Assembly (NCBI GenBank): GCA_963745835.1
Contig: CAVUZH010000005.1
Coordinates: 96,001 to 160,000, forward strand
Reading direction: 5' to 3'
Length of the DNA stretch: 64,000 nt
Origin: an uncultured delta proteobacterium
Lineage (GTDB): Bacteria > Desulfobacterota > Binatia > UBA9968
Position 1 is the first letter of the stretch. Every line of letters starts with the position of its first letter. This document shows, one piece after another, positions 49,702 to 59,241 of the stretch. The notes beneath the pieces are model-generated. The model was not told the origin of the DNA. It saw nothing but the letters and a program-made list of their open reading frames with translations, and searched no databases. The position numbers were made by a program, and so were the translations under genes.

Positions 49702-51552
49702 CTATTTCTTTCCGACAGCCGCACGCTGATCCGGTCCGGCATCGGCATAGCCCGGCTGTACCAACGAATCGATGAAATAGCGCCCGCCGTTGGCGACGAT
49801 CTCAGCGCCGCGCTTTAGCGCTGCTGACAGAGCCTCCGGCGTCGATACCGGCTCTTCGCTTTCGAAGCCTTGCGCCCGCGCCATCGCCACCAAGTCCACT
49901 CGAGGGTTATCGATGCGCTGGCCGATCCAGCGATTTTGCGGCGGCCGGTCGCGCATCTGCGCAACCCGCTCCTGATGCATTTCGTCGTTGTAGTATGACC
50001 GGTTATCGGCGGCCACGATCATCACCGGAATCTCGAAATGGGAAGCAGTCCAAAGCGCGTTGACTCCCATGAGATAGTCGCCATCGCCGATCACACCGAC
50101 GGTGATGCGATCACTATCTTTGAGCGCCAGCGCCGCGCCGATGGTGTGCCCGGGTCCGGTACCGACGGCGCCACCGCCGTCATTCCCCATAAACGACAAG
50201 GGCCCGTCAAACTCGTAAGCTTCGCCGGGCCAGCCGATCGGCAGGCGCGCGAAGGTCACCGGTTTTCCTTTGGCGAATTCCCGGACAGTCATTGCCATGT
50301 CCCATAACGTCATTGGCTGCCCCGGCGCCGGTGAAGATTTTGATAAACTTGCATCGTTCCAGTGCGAGATCTCTTTCATCTCCGATCGGGGTTTGGCTTT
50401 GGGAGTTTTATTGGCGTCGAGGTCCTCGAGCATCTGCGCGACGAACTGATCGGGCTCTGCGAAAATTGGAATATCGACGGCTGCCAACGCCTGATGATCC
50501 ATGCTCCAACCATTGGTGCGAACGCTATCGAGAGAAACATGGATGATTGTTTTGTCGCTGGGAACCTGGGTTTGCGCATTGCCAAGGCTAAGACGAAACA
50601 CGCCGGCGAGATCGAGCCAATCCAAACTGATAATCAGGTCTGCCTTTTCAATGAGAGCGGTAGCGTCTTTGCTCGGGCGCAGGCACGGCGCGGCCAAGTG
50701 CAGCGGATGAGTAGTCGGAAAAGACGCCGGGTCGTTGCTGCTGGTCAGTACGGCGGCGCCAATCGTCTCGGCAAAGCGCACCCGGTTATCCCAGTCGGCT
50801 TGCTTGCGTGAAACCCGGCCCATGAGAATCAGCGGAAACTTTGCCTGCTTGATCGCCGTCAAGGCCTTCTGCAGGGATTCTTTGGGGACCGCGGGGCTCG
50901 GCGGGGCGGTGAACCGCGCCGCATCGGGAACCGCAAGCTCCTCGGTGAGCGGCGCCTCCTGCAGCCCGGCATCGAGACAAATGTAGACCGGGCCATAGGG
51001 TGGGGTCCGCGTTATCTGGTTCGCCCTTAGTACCGATTCCACAGCCGCCTGCGGTGAGGCCGGTTGATCATCCCATTTAGTATAGTCGCGAATGATCGAT
51101 GCTTGATCCTTGGCGGTGTGAATCCAGTCGATCCAGGGCCGGCGCCGATGGGCGTCCACGGGACCGGTGGCGCCGAAGATGATCATCGGCGTACGGTCGC
51201 ACCACGCGTTGAAGATCGGCATCGCCGCATGCATCAGCCCGACATTGGCGTGCAGCGCCACGGCCATTGGCTCCTCAGTGACTTTGCCGTACCCGTCGGC
51301 AATCGAAACGGCATGCTCCTCGTGCAGGCAAATGACCATCTGCGGATTGCTGTTGCCGAGATAGTTCACGATGCTGTCGTGGAATCCGCGATAGCTGGCG
51401 CCGGGAACCAGCGCAATATATTTCAGGTTCAACCTGCGCGTGACCTCAGCGACGACGTCGCTGCCCCACTTCATCTGCGGTTTGCCGAGATTCTCCGGCC
51501 GGTCGATGCCGGAGTCTTTGGATTGCCGAGTTTTGGTCGTTTCTGACTTCAC
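49702..51552 (-). CDS. Thiamine-diphosphate-dependent enzyme (ALS/benzoylformate decarboxylase-like)
   Basis: PGASYRGFHDS, CLHEEHAV, GDGD..MG...NRSY ThDP motif; AAGGAG RBS. Confidence 0.9.
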   Translation of the reverse strand: MKSETTKTRQSKDSGIDRPENLGKPQMKWGSDVVAEVTRRLNLKYIALVPGASYRGFHDSIVNYLGNSNPQMVICLHEEHAVSIADGYGKVTEEPMAVALHANVGLMHAAMPIFNAWCDRTPMIIFGATGPVDAHRRRPWIDWIHTAKDQASIIRDYTKWDDQPASPQAAVESVLRANQITRTPPYGPVYICLDAGLQEAPLTEELAVPDAARFTAPPSPAVPKESLQKALTAIKQAKFPLILMGRVSRKQADWDNRVRFAETIGAAVLTSSNDPASFPTTHPLHLAAPCLRPSKDATALIEKADLIISLDWLDLAGVFRLSLGNAQTQVPSDKTIIHVSLDSVRTNGWSMDHQALAAVDIPIFAEPDQFVAQMLEDLDANKTPKAKPRSEMKEISHWNDASLSKSSPAPGQPMTLWDMAMTVREFAKGKPVTFARLPIGWPGEAYEFDGPLSFMGNDGGGAVGTGPGHTIGAALALKDSDRITVGVIGDGDYLMGVNALWTASHFEIPVMIVAADNRSYYNDEMHQERVAQMRDRPPQNRWIGQRIDNPRVDLVAMARAQGFESEEPVSTPEALSAALKRGAEIVANGGRYFIDSLVQPGYADAGPDQRAAVGKK

Positions 51553-51681
51553 TGGATTCGTCTCCTTGTGGATTAAGCGAGCTTCTTGAAGTTGGTAATT
51601 AAATCTATGCTCTAAATGAATTTCTCACCACCAAGAATACGAAGCCACAAAGTTAAGACTTTATTATTTTAACTTCGTGAT

Positions 51682-51890
51682 CTCCTTCGAAAATTGCGGC
51701 TGAGGTGAAGAGATGCGACTCCCCAAGATCGTCACCCCCGAATGTTTTAATCGGGGGTCCAGTCCGAATTCCGCCTGGATTCCCGCTAGAAGCATGCGGG
51801 AATGACAGACTCGTCCGAGAATTAGCGGCTTGAAGGACGTACTCCATTTTATTCTCTGTGGGCGGGTGTAAGCTCATGACACACTTCGTG
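51682..51890 (+). repeat. ~210-bp intergenic repeat, copy 2
   Basis: Direct-orientation copy of 49445-49653. Confidence 0.85.
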
Positions 51891-51945
51891 GCCTGGTGGT
51901 AAATATCTCGTCACGGTTAGGTGAGGGGCCGAGGTTGTCAAATCA

Positions 51946-52980
51946 TTATGCTTGGCCGCGGGTCTTTAGAGACTCAGCAAGCTCGCGTAGATATTCTTCC
52001 TGTTCTTTGCCCTGGTATAACGCCAGCGAACCGTTGTCTTTCAGCGGTATGCCGCCAAAAAAGTGAAACGCATGGCCGTCCCAATCGTAAAATTCATCGC
52101 CGCGCTGATAGATCTCCTTCCATTTGTAGCCCACCGGGCTGCGGTGTAAACCCGTTCGGGCCGGAAAGGCGTCTTCTTTGTCGCGCGAATCTTTGAGCGT
52201 CTCCTTCGGTCCTTCTTCTTCGGGTAATCCTTCCCACATGCGCCGGTAGTTGGGAAAGAACTCCTCTTCCCGAACCGTCAGCGCGGTATGCATGTCCCAC
52301 CACGGGCTGTGTCCGGCGATCCGCTCATCGACCTGCTCGACCAGCTTGTAAATCAGCCGAGCGCCGGCCCTTAGACGCAACACCAGCGTTCCCTCGGCAG
52401 CCCTGGCATTACGCTCCACTCCTACGCCGCAGTATTTTTCAAAGAAAGCTGCGGTTCTTGCTAGATCACGCGAGCCGTAAACAGCGTGGCTGATACGGCC
52501 GACTCTCTCTGAAGTGGCTATCTCCATGGCGCCTTCCGGCATATTCACAGGCGCCCAGAACTCATACTGATTACCGTCCGGATCGGCGAAATAGATGACC
52601 GTGCCTTCCTCCCCCTCGGCCGCTGTCTTAACCGGTTCGGTGTGAGGGATTTTGTGCTGATCAAGCCGGCGCAGGTGCAGGTCGATGTCTTCGTGACGAA
52701 TGTAGAAGCCGCACCGCGGAAGATCCTTGCCCAGTTCTTTTGCCGGCGGGTAAACCTCAGGCTGAAGGAACGCGCCGATGCGGCACGATCCGCCCTCCCA
52801 CCACATGAAGCAAAAGATCGGGGTGTTTTTCTTTCTCATGTTGGTGGTCAGGCCGTTGATTGGCCTGATGGGAAGGCCGGTGGCATTAAGCGCCCAGTGA
52901 GTCCACGCCGGCAGGTCATTGGTGCCGACGACGTAGTGATCGATCCAATGAACTGCGCCTTTCGGCTCATCGTTAGCCAT
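51946..52980 (-). CDS. Two-domain VOC/glyoxalase-family protein
   Basis: GGAGG RBS; IDHYVV, YFADPDGNQYE, ISHAV, HTAL, FYDWDGH. Confidence 0.8.
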   Translation of the reverse strand: MANDEPKGAVHWIDHYVVGTNDLPAWTHWALNATGLPIRPINGLTTNMRKKNTPIFCFMWWEGGSCRIGAFLQPEVYPPAKELGKDLPRCGFYIRHEDIDLHLRRLDQHKIPHTEPVKTAAEGEEGTVIYFADPDGNQYEFWAPVNMPEGAMEIATSERVGRISHAVYGSRDLARTAAFFEKYCGVGVERNARAAEGTLVLRLRAGARLIYKLVEQVDERIAGHSPWWDMHTALTVREEEFFPNYRRMWEGLPEEEGPKETLKDSRDKEDAFPARTGLHRSPVGYKWKEIYQRGDEFYDWDGHAFHFFGGIPLKDNGSLALYQGKEQEEYLRELAESLKTRGQA

Positions 52981-53064
52981 AAATCCTCCGTTACAAAAAA
53001 GCAGGTGTTTCAATCCGAGCGGTACTAGACTGAGAAAACGGTGTCAAGCGTTGCCGATAAACAC

Positions 53065-53166
53065 GAACGTTCAACAGTTCAATAGTTCAACAGTTCAAGG
53101 TCCGATTAGCTGCGATGCTCGAAAGCCGTCAAATTCGATCCATTGAACTTTGAACGGTTGAACTTT
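53065..53166. repeat. GTTCAA/TTGAAC-arm palindromic element (copy C)
   Basis: GTTCAACA GTTCAATA GTTCAACA GTTCAAG ... TTGAACT TTGAACGG TTGAAC. Confidence 0.75.
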
Positions 53167-53182
53167 AATGGCCAGCTTTCTT

Positions 53183-54313
53183 CTAAACTCCATACAGCGC
53201 CGCGGCGTTCTCGCGGATGACCTTACGCTTCATCTCCGGCGGCAAGTGAGCTGAGTCTTTCTCGATAAAATCCTTGGAAAACGGCCAGGTGCTGTCCGGA
53301 TGCGGATAATCCGAACCCCACATGATGTGACCGTCGCCGAAGAACTGGATCAAGTGCAGTCCCACCAGATCGGTCTGATAGGTTGCCCAAACTTGACGCT
53401 TGAAAATCTCACTGGGCATGTTCTTCAGAGGTATGTCTTCGGACTTCTTTCTTTCGAATTGTCGCTTGTAACGGTAATCCATTTCTTGCACGACGAACGG
53501 GATCCAGCCGATCGCGGATTCGGCAAGGCAGAATTTCAATTTCGGATGTCGTTCCAAAGTTCCGAAGTTGAACATGTTTACGAATGGATTAAAAAACGAA
53601 GTGGCGCCGTTGCTAAGACCCATATCGAACACGCCTTGGCGCTCGCCCGGTTTCACCGCATCGATGGTCGCCCGAACCGTTCCGGACTGCACGCTGCCGC
53701 CGACATGATAGGAGACGACGATGCCGGCTTCCTCGGCAGCGGCCCAGAATACATCCCACGGCTTCAGATTCATTTCGAGAGTGACATCATTAACCAGGAA
53801 GTTGGCTTCGCGAAATCCCAGCTTCGCCACCCGGACCACTTCATCCGCGGCGTCCTGAGGATCGACAGGAGAGAGCATGGCCACCGGGAAGAATCGCCTG
53901 GGCGCGGCTTTGCCGAATTCCAGCGCCCAATCGTTGTACGCTCGAACACAGGCATTTCTCAGCTCGGGTTCGCCGACCTGCATGGCGATAATCGGTGGAA
54001 ACATGAGCGAAGCTTCGACGCCGTCGCGATCCATATCGGCAAGCCGTTTCTCTGGCGTGGTAGGCCGGTGCGCCTCACCGACTCCGCCTCGATCCAGAGC
54101 CAGCCTGGTCCGGTTGGATTTGGCAAACCAGCGCTCGCCACGATACTCGGCCCAGGTCTCGCCGTCGCAAACCCAGTATTCGCCCTTTTCACCCCGATCT
54201 TCCACGTGGGGGCCGCGCTCGCGCAAAGACTCAGGCAGGCGCGCTGTCCAAAGGTCCCTGGGCAAGTATCCTAAATCGATATGATCGTCGGCTGAAATCA
54301 TCGTGTACGTCAT
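53183..54313 (-). CDS. Amidohydrolase_2 family metallo-hydrolase/decarboxylase
   Basis: ISADDH, RLADMDRDGV, YNDW, YH, AESAIGW, MWGSDYPHPDSTWP. Confidence 0.9.
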   Translation of the reverse strand: MTYTMISADDHIDLGYLPRDLWTARLPESLRERGPHVEDRGEKGEYWVCDGETWAEYRGERWFAKSNRTRLALDRGGVGEAHRPTTPEKRLADMDRDGVEASLMFPPIIAMQVGEPELRNACVRAYNDWALEFGKAAPRRFFPVAMLSPVDPQDAADEVVRVAKLGFREANFLVNDVTLEMNLKPWDVFWAAAEEAGIVVSYHVGGSVQSGTVRATIDAVKPGERQGVFDMGLSNGATSFFNPFVNMFNFGTLERHPKLKFCLAESAIGWIPFVVQEMDYRYKRQFERKKSEDIPLKNMPSEIFKRQVWATYQTDLVGLHLIQFFGDGHIMWGSDYPHPDSTWPFSKDFIEKDSAHLPPEMKRKVIRENAAALYGV

Positions 54314-54405
54314 GAGCTTTCTCCTTGAAACTGGCAGCGCACAGGGCGGCCCTCCTTAACCATTCAATTCGGTTTATCCGTTGTTTCGAATCATTGCCGT
54401 CCCTT

Positions 54406-55026
54406 CTATGGATTACCTGGCGGTTGATCTTGTGGCGAGTTCATCACGTGTTGAATCAAACGGTCCAGTTCTTCATAGGGCTGCGCGCCTACCATCAAAT
54501 AGCGGCCGGCAAGAAATGTCGGCACGGCATTGACACCGTAGGCGGCGCACCGGCGCCAGTCTTCATCCACTGCATCTTTGTAGGCGCGGCTTAGCAAAAC
54601 ATCGGTGGCTTCATCTGCCGGCAAGCCGTTTTCTGCCGCGATCTTAGCGAGAACGTCGGCTTTGCCGATATTCTTGACGTCGACGAAGTAGGCGCGGAAG
54701 AGAGCATCGGTGATCTTTTCTTCCATGCCTTTGGTTCCGGCCCATTTCGCCAGCTCCTGAGCCAAACGGCTGTTGTACGACATGTCACGATCAGGATTGA
54801 ACGGCAGTCCTTCGCGATCCATGTTCACTTTCATCTTGCGGTTTCGCGCAATGATCTCCGGCCCGCGTTGGTTACCTTCCACCGGAGTCTCGGGATGAAG
54901 CGGAAACTGAGTAAACTTGATTTTCAATCCATACTGATTTTTAAGTTTCTCGACACGCCCGGTGACGAGATAGCACCAGGGTCAGACAAAGTCGGAGAAA
55001 ACTTCGAGAACTAATGGATCGGGCAT
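54406..55026 (-). CDS. DsbA/FrnE-like thioredoxin-fold protein with in-frame TGA at 54982-54984 (predicted selenocysteine, UxxC)
   Basis: GAGGAGG RBS, ATG 55026; MPDPLVLEVFSDFV-U-PWCY continues in frame into ORF 54406-54927 (FPLHP, GVNAVPTF, GAQP). Confidence 0.85.
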
Positions 55027-55045
55027 AAGACCTCCTCTTCGGATT

Positions 55046-55318
55046 CGTTCAACCGTGAGATTTCGTTCAACCGTTCAACGGTTCAATAGTTCAACGCCAG
55101 ATGGTTCGAACCGTTCCAACAGTTCCAATCGTTCCAACGGTTCCAAATGTTTCAGAGGTCATCAAGCCAATGCCGGCTCTTAGTGCGAGTGTAAACGTTT
55201 GAATTAGAGCGCCGGAATTCTCCGAAGTCTCACCAATCGAACAACTTGGCATCTGGAACATAAATCCGTTAAACATCCGGCCTTGGAACGACTGGAACCA
55301 TTGGAACCGGTGGAACTA
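55046..55318. repeat. GTTC(C)AA/TTGGAAC-arm palindromic element (copy D)
   Basis: About ten GTTC(C)AA units 55046-55150 and four TGGAAC units ~55282-55318 around a unique core. Confidence 0.75.
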
Positions 55319-55388
55319 TCGCTATATCGATTCTATGTTTGTTACTCCGTGGAAGTCAAAGCATCCGTGCGGAAAATCCAGGCGCAAG

Positions 55389-55418
55389 TTGACAATACTT
55401 CATATGCAGAGATAGTTT
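55389..55418 (+). promoter_or_regulatory. Sigma70-type promoter candidate upstream of LLM-pca operon
   Basis: TTGACA-N18-TAGTTT ending 10 nt before ATG 55429; no Shine-Dalgarno seen. Confidence 0.45.
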
Positions 55419-55428
55419 CCAGAACTGT

Positions 55429-56437
55429 ATGGCGCTACGGTTTTCTTTAGCGGGCAATGCCGCGGAGCGCAGTTTTAAGGATCAAGTGGAGCGCGCGGCT
55501 TTGATGGAAGAGCTTGGCTACCACGGGATCTTCTTTAGCGAATCGCTCATGAGCGGGCTCGATCCGTTCCAGGTCCTTGCGATTGCCGCGATGCGCACCA
55601 AGCGGATTAAGCTTGGTACGGCCATCATGACCATGACTTTTCGTGAGGCGGTGGTGCTTGCCAATCAGTCGGCGACCTTGAACGAGATCTCCGACGGCCG
55701 CGCTGTCCTCGGCTTGGGCACCGGCGACGGCACCACCTACACGATGGCGCGCACCGCCGTGCCGCTGGAGAAGTTTGAAGAGGGCACACGGATCATTCGC
55801 GAGCTGGTAAACGGCCGCACCATCCACATTCCTAAGGGCAAGGAACGGGAAGCCGGCGAAATTCCCCTGCGTGCCGGAAAATTTCCCGTGCCGATCTGGA
55901 TTGCGGCAGCGGGACCGCGCGCTCTCAGAGCCGCCGGGCGTGTCGCCGACGGTGTGATCCTAGGCTGCGGATTCGATCTCGGAGTCCTGAAGTGGGCGCG
56001 TGAGCAGATCACCCTGGGCGCTCGTGATGTTGGACGAGATCCTGAGGAAATCGAATATGTCGGCGCCGGAATCGCATGCGTCGACGAGAACGGTGACCAG
56101 CGCGCCGGAGACGGCTCGGAGCCGACTGGCCAACCGGGCGCATCAAAATTTTCGCTTTACGCTGGAAACGGTTCCGCCCGAAGAACGGCCGGGTGTAGAG
56201 AAATTCATGAAGCATTTCGATGTCACCAAAAAAATTGATCAACGTTCCGATCCTGCTCTGGTCACTGATTATTTAGCGCAAAGATTTGCCATCGCTGGCA
56301 CTCCGGAAGAGTGCGTCGAGCGGATTAAAGAACTCGAGCACGCGGGGATTGGTAATTTTTTGCTAACACTGCCGCCTAGGGGTTACTATGACGTTATGCA
56401 TAAATGGGCCCGGACAGTTGTGCCGCAATTCTCTTAA
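55429..56437 (+). CDS. LLM-class flavin-dependent oxidoreductase; frameshift near 56100
   Basis: RIKLGTAI, LNEISDGRAVLGLGTG, AAAGPRALRAAGRVADG; C-terminus in ORF 56000-56437 (IAGTPEEC). Confidence 0.85.
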
Positions 56438-56472
56438 AGCTACTTTCATTGGACTGGAGGCGTGAACGCTCG

Positions 56473-57267
56473 ATGCCTTTTGTGCAGATGGGTCAGATTG
56501 TGCATCATTTCGAGACCAAGGGGAGCAAGGACAAGTCTGCGCTGGTGTTTTCGAACTCCCTCGGCAGCGATTTGCGTATTTGGGATGCTGTAGCCGGCCG
56601 CTTGTCCGAGCACTTTCGCATCGTCCTCTACGATAAGAGAGGACATGGTCTCTCAGAGGCTTCGGAGCCGCCGTATTCTGCGAGTGATCTGGCTCGGGAT
56701 ATCGTCGGGTTGCTCGATTCATTGAAAATCGATCAGGCAGTGATTTGCGGGATTTCGGTCGGTGGCATCATCGCGCAAGCCATGGCATTGGATCATCCGC
56801 GCCGTGTGCGTGCTCTGGTGCTATGTGATACCGGGGCGCGAATAGGATCGGTAGATTCATGGCAGCAACGCATCGAGATGGTTCAGAGCGGAGGTATCCA
56901 ATCTCTTGAGACCATAACCATGGAACGCTGGTTCTCGCAGGGATTTCGCAAGCGCTGCCCCGCCGATGTGCGCGGCTATGCCAAAATGTTGCTTCAAACC
57001 ATGGTGCAGGGGTACGTCGGTACTTGCTGCGCGCTGCGCGACGCCGATTTTCGCGGGGACGTGTCCCGGCTTGAGCAACCGACGTTGGTGCTGTGTGGCG
57101 CGGAAGATATCGCGACCCCACCGGAGCTTGGACAGGAACTGGCTGGTTTGATTCCCCGCAGCCGATTTTCTTCGATTGCAAATGCGGGTCATCTGCCGTG
57201 CGTGGAACAGCCGGCGGCGGTTGTAGAATGCATGATGGATTTTTTTCGGGAGGTGCAAATTGTCTGA
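56473..57267 (+). CDS. pcaD: 3-oxoadipate enol-lactonase
   Basis: VFSNSLGSDLRIWD, YDKRGHGLS, GISVGG, GAEDIATPP, GHLPCVEQP; in pca cluster. Confidence 0.92.
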   Translation: MPFVQMGQIVHHFETKGSKDKSALVFSNSLGSDLRIWDAVAGRLSEHFRIVLYDKRGHGLSEASEPPYSASDLARDIVGLLDSLKIDQAVICGISVGGIIAQAMALDHPRRVRALVLCDTGARIGSVDSWQQRIEMVQSGGIQSLETITMERWFSQGFRKRCPADVRGYAKMLLQTMVQGYVGTCCALRDADFRGDVSRLEQPTLVLCGAEDIATPPELGQELAGLIPRSRFSSIANAGHLPCVEQPAAVVECMMDFFREVQIV

Positions 57268-57646
57268 CGATCTATTTGATAAAGGCATGGCGGCGCGCAA
57301 GGCGGTGCTCGGTGCGGAATATGTCGCCCGGGCGGAAGCCAATAAGAGCCATTTTGACGCAGACTTTCAGCGCTACGTTACTGAGAACGCCTGGGGCGCG
57401 GTCTGGGCCCGTCCGGGACTCCAAAAGAATATCCGCAGTATGCTCACCATCGCCATGTTGGCTGCGCTGGGCCGGCATGAAGAATTGGGCGCCCATATCC
57501 GCGCGACACTCAATACCGGCGTAACTCGCGAAGAGGTCAAGGAAGTTCTGTTGCAAGTGGCGGTCTATGCAGGCGCGCCGGCGGCGAACAGCGCGTTTGC
57601 TATTGCCAAACGAATTTACGAAGAGATTGAAGAAGGAAAGAAATAG
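57260..57646 (+). CDS. pcaC: 4-carboxymuconolactone decarboxylase
   Basis: GMAARKAVLG, FQRYVTENAWGAVWARPGL, HIRA, YAGAPAANSAF. Confidence 0.93.
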   Translation: MSDDLFDKGMAARKAVLGAEYVARAEANKSHFDADFQRYVTENAWGAVWARPGLQKNIRSMLTIAMLAALGRHEELGAHIRATLNTGVTREEVKEVLLQVAVYAGAPAANSAFAIAKRIYEEIEEGKK

Positions 57647-57700
57647 TAAAAGGACAATAGCAACAGAGACACTCATTCTCGATGATCGGAACAGGTGATT

Positions 57701-58417
57701 ATGAAAATCCAACCATACAAACAGCGTGACTGGAAATCCCACCCGCCTTTCACGTTCGCGGCGTACGGCTCGTCGGTCAAGCGCGGACCGTTGCAAAAGC
57801 TCGTGCCAATAAACCAGACTTTGTCGGAGATTACCGGCCCATTGTTTAACGACATCAAACTCGAGAGTGGTGAGAATGATCTCACACGCAACCCGGAGAC
57901 TGGGAAAGAAGCACTGGGCGAGCGCATCATCGTGGTCGGTAGGGTGATCGACGAAGATGAACGACCGGTTCCGCATTCGCTGATTGAAATCTGGCAAGCC
58001 AATGCCGCCGGTCGTTATCGCCATCCGGTGGATCAGCACAACGCGCCGCTGGATCCGAACTTTATCGGCGCGGGACGCTGCGTCACCAATGAAAAAGGGG
58101 AATATCGCTTTTTAACCATCAAGCCGGGCGCCTATCCGTGGCTCAATCACGCCAATGCCTGGCGTCCGGCCCATATTCATCTATCGCTCTTCGGGCCGAG
58201 TTTCGTCACCCGTTTAGTTACGCAATTCTTTTTTCCAGGCGATCCTCTTCTGGACATGGATCCGATTCTAAATTCGATTCCCACTAAGGCGGCCCGCCAG
58301 CGGCTGGTTGCGGATTATGCTCACGATGTTACGGAGCCGGAATTCGCGTTGGGATATCGATTCGATATCGTCTTGCGCGGCCGTCAAGCCACTCCATTCG
58401 AGCAGAACCGGCGATGA
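57701..58417 (+). CDS. pcaH: Protocatechuate 3,4-dioxygenase beta subunit
   Basis: LSEITGP, GERIIV, EIWQANAAGRYRH, PGAYPW, WRPAHIH. Confidence 0.96.
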   Translation: MKIQPYKQRDWKSHPPFTFAAYGSSVKRGPLQKLVPINQTLSEITGPLFNDIKLESGENDLTRNPETGKEALGERIIVVGRVIDEDERPVPHSLIEIWQANAAGRYRHPVDQHNAPLDPNFIGAGRCVTNEKGEYRFLTIKPGAYPWLNHANAWRPAHIHLSLFGPSFVTRLVTQFFFPGDPLLDMDPILNSIPTKAARQRLVADYAHDVTEPEFALGYRFDIVLRGRQATPFEQNRR

Positions 58418-58653
58418 ACCCATATATCGCAGAAGAGGTCGACTGTGTACTGAGCGAGCGGCAAGCCTGGAGGAGCGAAGGCACAGAAGCGAACACTTTC
58501 AATGCCTTTTATGGTACTTGGTTTAGGGCTAATAATTTTTCCGGGAGCCCGCTCGAGCAACCGAAGATTGCAGGCCGCTACAAGCCACTGGCCCATTGTC
58601 TTATATTGAAGGGCTGCGCTCGATTGCAGTGTCATTTTGAACTGCGGAATCGT
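58418..58653. mobile_element. MITE-like element (copy 2, inverted relative to 47274-47520) between pcaH and pcaG
   Basis: Shares GGAGGAGCGAAGGCACAGA, TTTCAATGCC, TTGCAGGCC and TGAACTGCGGAAT blocks with the reverse complement of copy 1; flanked by CGATGAA direct repeats. Confidence 0.72.
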
Positions 58654-58655
58654 CG

Positions 58656-59222
58656 ATGAAGCAAACGCCATCCCAGACAGTCGGGCCTTTTTACTCCATC
58701 GGCCTCACCGATCGAGCGATGAACACGCTAGTTGGCGAGAGTACTCAGGGCGAGCGCATTCGTATCGAAGGACGAATCATCGACGGCGATGGCAAGCCCG
58801 TGCCGGACGCAATGATTGAGATCTGGCAGGCCAATGCCGCCGGGCGCTACAATCATCCGGACGATAAACAGGAGAAACCATTGGATCAGAGCTTCACCGG
58901 CTGGGGCCGTTCGGGAAGCGAGCCGAGTGGGTCCTATTTCTTCGAGACGATCAAGCCTGGGCCGGTGCCCGCCTCGGACGAATCCGTCCAAGCGCCGCAC
59001 ATCAACATGACCGTATTTGCCCGGGGCATGCTGGTGCACGCCTTCACCAGAATCTATTTCAGCGACGAACCAGCCAACGAAACCGATCCGGTTCTAAATT
59101 CGATAGAAAAAGAGCGCCGGCAGACTTTGATCGCAAACCGCCGGGAAGAAAGCGGCAAAGTCGTTTACCGTTTCGACATTCGTCTTCAGGGTGAGAATGA
59201 AACGGTTTTCTTCGACATGTGA
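58656..59222 (+). CDS. pcaG: Protocatechuate 3,4-dioxygenase alpha subunit
   Basis: TPSQTVGPF, EIWQANAAG, QAPHI, FARG, TRIYF, FDIRLQGENETVFFD. Confidence 0.96.
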   Translation: MKQTPSQTVGPFYSIGLTDRAMNTLVGESTQGERIRIEGRIIDGDGKPVPDAMIEIWQANAAGRYNHPDDKQEKPLDQSFTGWGRSGSEPSGSYFFETIKPGPVPASDESVQAPHINMTVFARGMLVHAFTRIYFSDEPANETDPVLNSIEKERRQTLIANRREESGKVVYRFDIRLQGENETVFFDM

Positions 59223-59241
59223 CGTCCGCTAGCTTCGAACC

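Noticed and set aside
49411-51877. Similar ORFs 49411-49614 and 51653-51877 as paralogous proteins
   Set aside because: They are translations of the ~210-bp palindromic DNA repeat; similarity is explained at nucleotide level.
55046-55318. GTTC(C)AA arrays as a CRISPR array
   Set aside because: Units are 8-9 nt with no 25-40-nt repeats or regular spacers, and no cas genes are present.
58414-58659. 81-aa ORF between pcaH and pcaG
   Set aside because: Lies wholly within the MITE-like element; no recognisable protein features.
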